This document shows positions 8,053-14,049 of a DNA stretch of 24,332 nt, in pieces (positions within the stretch are counted from its first letter, which is position 1; each line of letters starts with the position of its first letter). Location of the stretch: positions 1 to 24,332 of the forward strand of contig JBBSYH010000003.1 of NCBI GenBank assembly GCA_038045365.1, read 5' to 3'. The notes beneath the pieces were generated by a model that saw only the letters and a list, made by a program, of their open reading frames with translations, was not told where the DNA came from and did not search any database. Made by a program: the position numbers and the translations under genes. This stretch comes from Nanobdellota archaeon (GTDB taxonomy: Archaea > Nanobdellota > Nanobdellia > Pacearchaeales > GW2011-AR1).

Positions 8053-8360
8053 ATGAAAGCCTTAAAAATGAGATTCTTAGGAAATTTAAACAGGAATCCA
8101 AGACAATTTTCAGACAGATGCAATCTTTAGAAGAGAATCCTCATAAAGGTAAAACTTTAGGAGAAGTAGGAGGAATAGTGATAAAAGAGATTAAATACAA
8201 ATCATTTAGATTTTATTTTATAACTGATGGTTATAAGTTAAGAATAATGGAGCAATCAAAACTTACTGATTTATTGATAAGATTTGTAAGAATGTCTAAT
8301 AAAAAAGACCAGCAAAAAACAATAAATGAAATTAAAAAAGTTCTTATACATTTTGGTTGA
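8034..8360 (+). CDS. RelE/ParE-like toxin
   Basis: The 108-aa ORF contains LEENPHKGKTLGEVGGIVIKEIKYKSFRFYFITDGYKLRI, following the usual ENP..Gk.L...l.g....r.g.yR..Y pattern. It is coupled to the upstream antitoxin-like gene. Confidence 0.65.
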   Translation: MAKVEIDESLKNEILRKFKQESKTIFRQMQSLEENPHKGKTLGEVGGIVIKEIKYKSFRFYFITDGYKLRIMEQSKLTDLLIRFVRMSNKKDQQKTINEIKKVLIHFG

Positions 8361-8468
8361 TAGGTTTTAATTTATACAGATGAAGTTTGGAGTTAATGTT
8401 TATTTTTTATAGGACTTTTGAATCTAAATGTTTAAAAAGGCAAAAAACAATTATTTAATTGGTGTTCA

Positions 8469-8930
8469 ATGGGAGCAAAATCAGTCGAAAATCATTTATT
8501 TTTTTTGAAAGAACGTTTGCAATTTAATTCATTAAAGCAAGGCAAAGTTTTAGTGCTTAATTCTGCTGCTAATTATGATATTGATGGGAAAAAACATTCT
8601 ATTGATGTTGCATTGGGCATAGCAAAGGGAATGCCGAAGAGGAATGATCTTTATTTGATGTCTTTTTTATTAACTGATTTGCCTGAAAGTAAGGAATTTT
8701 ATGATTTAGTCAATGAAAAGTGCGAGGCAGATGGGACGCAAAGATGTTTTGTAAGTTGTTTGGATGAAAGATTAGTAGCTTATACTCCGCGTAAAGATCA
8801 GTTGCATCATGCAGCACTCTGCCATCCTCTTACATTAAGTGATGTTCGCAAGGATTTTGATTATCATCATATGCAAAGGATTTTTACAACAACTACGCTT
8901 TATACTCTATCACCTAATTCTTTGAAATAA
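8469..8930 (+). CDS. Hypothetical protein (153 aa)
   Basis: The ORF is long for AT-rich DNA. TTTAAAAA at 8431-8438 is at promoter distance. No family was recognised. Confidence 0.55.
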   Translation: MGAKSVENHLFFLKERLQFNSLKQGKVLVLNSAANYDIDGKKHSIDVALGIAKGMPKRNDLYLMSFLLTDLPESKEFYDLVNEKCEADGTQRCFVSCLDERLVAYTPRKDQLHHAALCHPLTLSDVRKDFDYHHMQRIFTTTTLYTLSPNSLK

Positions 8931-9073
8931 TTATGTCAAGGAACTTGAAGAAAACCTTGCCTTTCAAGGCAAGGTTGTTCCTTGAGCATCCAAAAGTCCT
9001 AAACAAACCATGGGCTAAAGCCCATGGTCAAACACAAGGACTTTTTGATGTTGTAACTTAATAGAAGTTACAA
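8931..9073 (+). repeat. Multi-hairpin repeat element, copy 1 (long form)
   Basis: The 11-mer TTATGTCAAGG plus a 75-nt core (8975-9049) recur at 17377-17462 with one mismatch. Copy 1 has an extra 33 nt (8942-8974). Perfect stems seen: TCAAGGAAC/GTTCCTTGA, AACCTTGCC/GGCAAGGTT, CCATGGGC/GCCCATGG and TTGTAACTT/AAGTTACAA. There is also a 14-bp imperfect stem, CATCCAAAAGTCCT/AGGACTTTTTGATG. Confidence 0.85.
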
Positions 9074-9082
9074 TTAGAAAGA

Positions 9083-9090
9083 TTTAAATA
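9083..9090 (+). promoter_or_regulatory. TATA box of the nucleotidyltransferase gene
   Basis: The consensus-like TTTAAATA is centred 26 nt upstream of the ATG at 9112. Confidence 0.5.
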
Positions 9091-9111
9091 GTTAAAAAAA
9101 GCCAGAATATT

Positions 9112-9858
9112 ATGGTGTTTAAACATTTAGAAGACAGTATTCCTGAAGGGAGAGTGGAAACTTATTTGCAGGTATTTTCAAATCTTCATGAACCAACTAA
9201 GACAGTTTTAGCATACTCTTTGGATTTAGCAGCGCATTTTAATAATTTGGGTTTAAACAGAGAGTATGTTTTATTTGGAGGATATGCAGTTTTATCCCAT
9301 TTAATGAAAGATAAGGGAGAGAATATTGCTAGTGTTTGGAGGGGCTCTAATGATATAGACATGGCTGGAAATATGAAGGTCTTGAATGCTATAAGATCAG
9401 GGTATAATATCAAAAGCTGTTTAGAAAGCCCGAATTTAGAAGATAAGGCGACTATTAAATTAGCAGCTGATGAAAACGAAGAATGCAAGATAGATTTCTA
9501 TAAAGGTAATTTTGCAGAAAAATTTGGAGATATAGAAACAAATATTCATTTTGGTATTCCAGTTAATGTGATAAGCCCATTATCTCTTATTAAAGGCAAA
9601 TTAATTACTCCGAAAGGAGAATTGCAGCATACAGGAGATATTATTGGAATGCTCTATGTTTTAGAAAAGAGAGGTTATACATCAAAGCAAATTACTGATT
9701 ATCTTTCAAGAACCGGTGAATCTAAAAATTTGCATGACAGGCTTAAGATAGGAAGAGAAGAATTCAAAAGCGACAGATTAGGAATTTTTCCTACTGAACT
9801 TTTCTTGAGAGAACTAGACAAGAGACTACACAAAAGCAGGCCAATAACCAAAAAATAA
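9112..9858 (+). CDS. Pol-beta-fold nucleotidyltransferase, AbiEii/DUF1814-like
   Basis: The 248-aa ORF contains VLFGGYAVLSHL...WRGSNDIDM, which fits the hGG-x(n)-R-x-S/T-x-DhD NTase signature of AbiEii-type toxins. A later block, VISPLSLIKGKL...GDIIGML, resembles the second conserved block. The subfamily call is tentative. Confidence 0.55.
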   Translation: MVFKHLEDSIPEGRVETYLQVFSNLHEPTKTVLAYSLDLAAHFNNLGLNREYVLFGGYAVLSHLMKDKGENIASVWRGSNDIDMAGNMKVLNAIRSGYNIKSCLESPNLEDKATIKLAADENEECKIDFYKGNFAEKFGDIETNIHFGIPVNVISPLSLIKGKLITPKGELQHTGDIIGMLYVLEKRGYTSKQITDYLSRTGESKNLHDRLKIGREEFKSDRLGIFPTELFLRELDKRLHKSRPITKK

Positions 9859-9876
9859 ATTTAGTTTACCATAACA

Positions 9877-9884
9877 TTTAATAT
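9877..9884 (+). promoter_or_regulatory. TATA box of gatE
   Basis: TTTAATAT is centred 26-27 nt upstream of the ATG at 9907. Confidence 0.5.
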
Positions 9885-9906
9885 CTCTTTTCTCTAATGT
9901 TTCTAT

Positions 9907-11346
9907 ATGGAATACACAAAGATAGGATTAAAGACAGGGCTTGAGATTCATCAACAGCTTGATTGCGGAAAGCTTTTCTGTGCTTGTCCTGGATATTTAA
10001 GGAATGATGAGCCGGATTTTACAATTATGAGGAAATTGCATGCTGTTGCAGGGGAAACAGGAGAAATTGATGCTGCGGTCTCTCATGAAATGGAAATTGG
10101 GAGAAAATTTTATTATCAGGGATATAAAGATAGTATTTGTTTAGTAGAGATTGATGAAGAGCCACCACATTTTATTAATGAACTGGCTTTAAATGAAGCG
10201 CTGAAAATTGCTTTATTGTTAAATTGCGAGATTTATCCTATTATACAAATTATGAGAAAGACAGTGATAGATGGGAGCAATACATCTGGTTTTCAGAGAA
10301 CTTTGCTGTTAGCGCATTCTGGTTTTGTAGAGACATCATTTGGAAAAGTAAAAATTGATACTTTATGTTTAGAAGAAGATTCTGCGAGGATTATTAGCAA
10401 GGATAAAGATAAGGCAGTTTATAGACTTGACAGACTTGGAATTCCACTTGTTGAAATTGCAACTGCCCCTGTTTTAGATACTCCGGAGAAAATTAAAGAG
10501 ACAGCGCTTAAATTAGGAGAAATATTAAGAGCTTGCAAAGTGAAGAGGGGAATTGGAACTATAAGGCAGGATGTTAATATGAGCATAAAGGGGCATGAAA
10601 GAGTTGAGATAAAAGGTTTTCAGGATGCTTCAATGATGATTGAAACTATTAGGAAAGAGACAGAGAGACAACAGAGAGAGCTGGGAGAAGGAAAGAAAGA
10701 AGGAGAAGTGAGAAATGCGCTGGAAAATGGCGAAAGTGAGTTTTTGAGGCCCTTACCTGGAAAAGCGAGAATGTATCCTGAAACAGATTTGTTGTTATTG
10801 AGAATTGGAAGAGAGAGAATAAATGAACTGAAGAAAAAACTGCCGAAACTTAAGCATGAGATTCGCGATGAATTACGAAAGAAAGGATTAAGCGACGAGA
10901 TGATTGGGCTTGTGTTGGACGGGCATCTTGATGAATTTGAAGTTTTGTTAAGAGTTTATGATAAGGACGCGAATCTTGTGGCGAAGATGGTTAGTTTGTG
11001 GAGAAATGAGTTTGCCAGTAAACTGAAAAAAAGTATTGGTGAAATAGAAGAGATTTTGAGTGAGAGAGTTTTAGAGAAAGTTTTGGAGGAAATTATAGCA
11101 GGCAGAGTTAATGAAGGAGATACAAAAGGAATATTGTTTAGAATTGCTTCAGGAGAAAATGTTTCAGATGCATTGAAAATTGATAGAACAGGACATGATG
11201 TTTTAGAGGAGCAGATTGCGCAGATTGTCAAGGAAAATCCAGGATTGAGCGCAAATGCTTATATGGGTTTGGTTATACAGAAACTTGGGAAAGGAATTGA
11301 AAAAAGAAAGGCGATGGAGATACTGGAAAGATTAATGAAAAATTGA
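9907..11346 (+). CDS. gatE: Glutamyl-tRNA(Gln) amidotransferase subunit E, short form
   Basis: GatE-specific blocks are present: GLEIHQQLDCGKLFCACP, KLHAVAGETGEIDAAV, CLVEIDEEPPH, MRKTVIDGSNTSGFQRT, GIGTIRQDVNMSI and FLRPLPGKARMYPETD. A helical domain and YqeY-like tail follow. The ORF is only 479 aa. Confidence 0.88.
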   Translation: MEYTKIGLKTGLEIHQQLDCGKLFCACPGYLRNDEPDFTIMRKLHAVAGETGEIDAAVSHEMEIGRKFYYQGYKDSICLVEIDEEPPHFINELALNEALKIALLLNCEIYPIIQIMRKTVIDGSNTSGFQRTLLLAHSGFVETSFGKVKIDTLCLEEDSARIISKDKDKAVYRLDRLGIPLVEIATAPVLDTPEKIKETALKLGEILRACKVKRGIGTIRQDVNMSIKGHERVEIKGFQDASMMIETIRKETERQQRELGEGKKEGEVRNALENGESEFLRPLPGKARMYPETDLLLLRIGRERINELKKKLPKLKHEIRDELRKKGLSDEMIGLVLDGHLDEFEVLLRVYDKDANLVAKMVSLWRNEFASKLKKSIGEIEEILSERVLEKVLEEIIAGRVNEGDTKGILFRIASGENVSDALKIDRTGHDVLEEQIAQIVKENPGLSANAYMGLVIQKLGKGIEKRKAMEILERLMKN

Positions 11347-11390
11347 TGAAAAAACATTAGTTTTATAAACGCTCATTTTTTTAGTTCTAA

Positions 11391-11678
11391 ATGAAATGGT
11401 ATTATATTGCTTTAATTGTAGCTGTTTTAGCTGTAGCTTTCTTTTTAGGGTATTTTTCTAATAAAATAGTTTTAACTGGAAAAGCAGTTGAAGAATTGGA
11501 AAACATAAGTAAAAATTATTCTTGGACAACTGCCATTTGCAACAGCAATAGAGAGTGCATTGATGTTCATGTGAAATGTGAAGGCGGAAAAGTTGTTTCT
11601 ATGGAGCCTGTTTCAAAACTTATAGAGTTTTCTGAGAGTTGGATAGATCAAAGAGAAGAGATAAAGTTTTGTGAATAA
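11391..11678 (+). CDS. Small N-terminally anchored Cys-containing protein
   Basis: The 95-aa ORF has one N-terminal TM helix (YYIALIVAVLAVAFFLGYF) and five Cys in the soluble part. TTTATAAA at 11362-11369 is 26 nt upstream of the ATG. Confidence 0.6.
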   Translation: MKWYYIALIVAVLAVAFFLGYFSNKIVLTGKAVEELENISKNYSWTTAICNSNRECIDVHVKCEGGKVVSMEPVSKLIEFSESWIDQREEIKFCE

Positions 11679-11731
11679 TTTTATAATAAATAATTTTAAA
11701 TATAAGTGTTACTTATGTATTTTGGGGATAT

Positions 11732-12229
11732 ATGGAGTATCAGAGTATTTTTCATGAAAGAATGGTAATGCCACGAGATTCTTATTTTCAAGGAAATAAC
11801 CTTTCTCCAGAGCATCGTGCAATGATTAGTGATAAAAATGACAGATGGAAAGTTGCATTCATTGATAATATTCCTTATTATGTCCAGAAAGAAATAGGAT
11901 ATGCGTTTGGAGTTAGTGATGAAGAGAGCAGAAAGCATTATGCTACTATGTGCTCTGTTTGGTTGCATGGGGAGAAGTATTTTCTTGGTGAACATCTAAA
12001 ACGCGAGCCAACACCCTTAGAAATTGTCAATGATGTGGAGAGATTTCACATTGGCGAGCGTTTTCGTTTGTTTTATATATTGCAATTTCCGGAGAAAATG
12101 AAGATTTATCCAGATGTTTCATCAGAGAGGAGACTGGCAGCGCGCGGATTCTTGTCGCGTGCTAAAGAAATAAGCGGAGGACAGTATAATAATTTTTTTC
12201 CTGACAATGATGAAAGAATAGCTGCTTGA
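11732..12229 (+). CDS. Hypothetical protein (165 aa)
   Basis: The ORF is long, with TTTAAATA at 11695-11702 upstream. No family was recognised. It contains locally G+C-richer codons (for example gcagcgcgcggattcttgtcgcgtgc). Confidence 0.6.
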   Translation: MEYQSIFHERMVMPRDSYFQGNNLSPEHRAMISDKNDRWKVAFIDNIPYYVQKEIGYAFGVSDEESRKHYATMCSVWLHGEKYFLGEHLKREPTPLEIVNDVERFHIGERFRLFYILQFPEKMKIYPDVSSERRLAARGFLSRAKEISGGQYNNFFPDNDERIAA

Positions 12230-12275
12230 TGATAGTTTTAAATATGAGATAATAGTCTTATTTTTTGCTTGTTAG

Positions 12276-12656
12276 ATGGAAAATAATTTAGAGAGTAAGG
12301 AGAAGAAAGACGAGCCTCCAGATATACGATGGACTTATGCAGAGAACATACTAAAAAAGGTCTTCTCTAAGACAGAAGATAGCGAGCTGATTTGCAGGAT
12401 TTTTTCTATGGTTAAGGAAGATAAAGATTCTTTACAGAAGTATAGCTCTTGTGTATTAGATGATAATAAAAGATATAATACTTTTCAAATCAGCAATTCA
12501 CTTAGTTTAATGAGGGAGATGCGTAAGTCTCTGTATAATGATGGGCTTCTTGGAATGAATGAGTCTGTCGGCTCCTTTATAATAGATAGAATTCAGCCTG
12601 TTTTAAGGGCATTTTATATTGAGAAATACTGCAGGAGAGGAGCATCGTGTTTTTGA
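12276..12656 (+). CDS. Hypothetical protein (126 aa)
   Basis: The ORF runs in the same direction, 46 nt downstream of the previous gene. TTTAAATA lies at 12237-12244. No family was recognised. Confidence 0.55.
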   Translation: MENNLESKEKKDEPPDIRWTYAENILKKVFSKTEDSELICRIFSMVKEDKDSLQKYSSCVLDDNKRYNTFQISNSLSLMREMRKSLYNDGLLGMNESVGSFIIDRIQPVLRAFYIEKYCRRGASCF

Positions 12657-12658
12657 TT

Positions 12659-13036
12659 TTAATAAGGATTACTCACTTTCAGTTCTGGAATTCCTGCAAA
12701 ATCTTCTACATTTCGCGTTAAGAGTTCTGTCTTATGAACCAAGGCAGTTGCAGCTATTATTGCGTCAGGAATATCAAGATTATGCGTTCTTCTTATATCT
12801 CCCGCAAGCTTAGCAATTGGATTGTTTATATCAACTTTAGTAAAATGATTAAGCATTTGAATCACTTTTGATCTTGTTAATGCATCATTGCAGCTTTTTC
12901 CTGAAAGCAGTTCGGTTTCTGTTAATGCAGAAAAGGAAGCATTGTTTTCTTGTGATAAAAAAGACTGAAAAAATTCGACTGCTGGTTTATATCCTCGAAT
13001 ATGATCGATAAAAATGCTTGAGTCAATCATTACCAT
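12659..13036 (-). CDS. vapC: PIN-domain toxin (VapC-like)
   Basis: MVMIDSSIFIDHIRG... carries the acidic N-terminal PIN motif, followed by SALTETELLSG and DIPDAIIAATAL blocks. The track start at 13063 would overlap vapB by 34 nt. ATG 13036 or 13030 gives the classic short TA overlap (TGGTAATGA). Confidence 0.8.
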   Translation of the reverse strand: MVMIDSSIFIDHIRGYKPAVEFFQSFLSQENNASFSALTETELLSGKSCNDALTRSKVIQMLNHFTKVDINNPIAKLAGDIRRTHNLDIPDAIIAATALVHKTELLTRNVEDFAGIPELKVSNPY

Positions 13037-13281
13037 TGTAAAGCTTTCTGTCTTTTTCTCCATTCTTTCCTCACTCTTTTTTGATATTCTGTCCCTGTTT
13101 CCTTCACGCTTTCCCAGATGCCTGCTGCTGCCATGATAGAATCTTTTTCAGATTTAAGAAGAGATACATTATTTCCGTCAACTATGAAGAGAACTTCGTC
13201 TCCTTCTTTCACTCCAACTATCTTTCTTACATCTTTTGGCAGTGTTACCTGAAAGTTTCTTGTTATTTTTGCGATTCCCAT
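13030..13281 (-). CDS. vapB: AbrB/SpoVT-family antitoxin (VapB-like)
   Basis: The 83-aa ORF contains KITRNFQVTLPKDVRKIVGVKEGDEVLFIVDGNNVSL. Confidence 0.8.
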   Translation of the reverse strand: MGIAKITRNFQVTLPKDVRKIVGVKEGDEVLFIVDGNNVSLLKSEKDSIMAAAGIWESVKETGTEYQKRVRKEWRKRQKALQW

Positions 13282-13453
13282 TGAAATTCTAGTTATTAAA
13301 TTTAGTTAATTTTACTAATAATAATTACTATTTAAATGTTTGTTTTTAATTGGGTTGGTGATTAATTTTAATTTCTTCAATTTTCTTTATAGTTAGGTCA
13401 ATTCCTGCTTCCAATTCAGGATGCCAATGATTGTATCCTCAAGTGTGAATAAA

Positions 13454-13461
13454 TTTATAAA
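13454..13461 (+). promoter_or_regulatory. TATA box of the gatC-orf96-gatA cluster
   Basis: TTTATAAA is centred 26 nt upstream of ATG 13483. This makes the TTG at 13462 listed in the track implausible as a start. Confidence 0.5.
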
Positions 13462-13482
13462 TTGCTGCTTTCTGCTTTTGGT

Positions 13483-13725
13483 ATGGTGGGAACATCCGAA
13501 CAGAAGAGAAAGCAAATAGAAAAAGAAGCACGGGAAATTTTGAGAAAATTCAGTTCTGCTTTGGGAAAAGTTAAAATTAGCGATAAAAAAAAGAAAAAGT
13601 TATCTGGTGGATATAGAGAAGAAGGAGAAGGGACAAGAGAAGATAAGGATTTTAGGATGAGAATGTTTGAAAATGCTCCTGAAAAATATGGTGATTCTAT
13701 AATCGCAGAGAAAAAGGAATGGTAG
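13483..13725 (+). CDS. gatC: Asp/Glu-tRNA amidotransferase subunit C-like
   Basis: The 80-aa ORF has ILRKFSSALGKV... followed by ...REDKDFRMRMFENAPEKYGDSIIAEK. This matches the GatC pattern (il..f...l...; REDe......l.NAP....g.f.vpk). It lies upstream of gatA. Confidence 0.6.
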   Translation: MVGTSEQKRKQIEKEAREILRKFSSALGKVKISDKKKKKLSGGYREEGEGTREDKDFRMRMFENAPEKYGDSIIAEKKEW

Positions 13726-13729
13726 AATT

Positions 13730-14020
13730 ATGAAAAAGGAAGATTTGGATAGAAATATTTCTGTAAAAGCGTCAAAGCAAATATCAGAAATTAAAAAAGG
13801 CAATAAAGTAAAAATTGATGGAAAAGATTATGAAGTAGATGCGCATTATGTTTTAATTGACCATGCAGGCACAAAGGAAATGGCAATTGAGCTGTTTGAC
13901 AAAGAGGATAAAGATTATCAGCTGCGTTATTTTTCAGATCAAGTTGAAAAAACTCTTGAGCTATATGAATTGCAGGAGATTATTTATGTCAAGAAGCAAT
14001 TTTCTAAGATTGAGTGGTAA
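13730..14020 (+). CDS. Hypothetical 96-aa protein between gatC and gatA
   Basis: The ORF starts 4 nt after the gatC stop and ends 29 nt before gatA. The segment IKKGNKVKIDGKDYEVDAHYVLIDHAGTKEMAIELFD resembles the SH3/KOW-like N-domain of aIF5A/EF-P, but this is by eye only. Confidence 0.6.
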   Translation: MKKEDLDRNISVKASKQISEIKKGNKVKIDGKDYEVDAHYVLIDHAGTKEMAIELFDKEDKDYQLRYFSDQVEKTLELYELQEIIYVKKQFSKIEW

Positions 14021-14049
14021 GATTTAATAACTTTATTATATAAAAAAGA

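Noticed and set aside
8975-9049. The two repeat copies as a template/variable repeat pair of a diversity-generating retroelement
   Set aside because: No reverse transcriptase gene is in the window. There is only one mismatch, not a pattern of adenine-specific differences. Neither copy lies inside a plausible variable-protein C-terminus.
8987-9050. The long hairpin as an archaeal H/ACA guide RNA (lower stem, internal-loop pocket, upper stem) or a C/D box sRNA
   Set aside because: No ACA trinucleotide follows the lower stem. There is no K-turn or K-loop (sheared GA) in the upper stem or the TAAA loop. No RUGAUGA / CUGA box pair is present. The geometry is suggestive only.
9907-11346. Calling this 479-aa protein GatB because of its GatB-like length and the nearby gatC/gatA
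   Set aside because: It carries GatE-specific blocks (KLHAVAGETGEIDAAV, CLVEIDEEPPH, MRKTVIDGSNTSGFQRT) and lacks the GatB FDRKNYFYPDLPKGYQISQ-type motif. It is retained as a short GatE.
12619-12813. 64-aa plus-strand ORF after the 126-aa hypothetical gene
   Set aside because: It lies antisense to the PIN-domain vapC coding sequence, and no independent signals support it.
13346-13438. Minus-strand start-less frame GYNHWHPELEAGIDLTIKKIEEIKINHQPN* in the vapB-gatC spacer, possibly a gene remnant
   Set aside because: It is only 30 codons with no start and no recognisable motif. It cannot be distinguished from chance.
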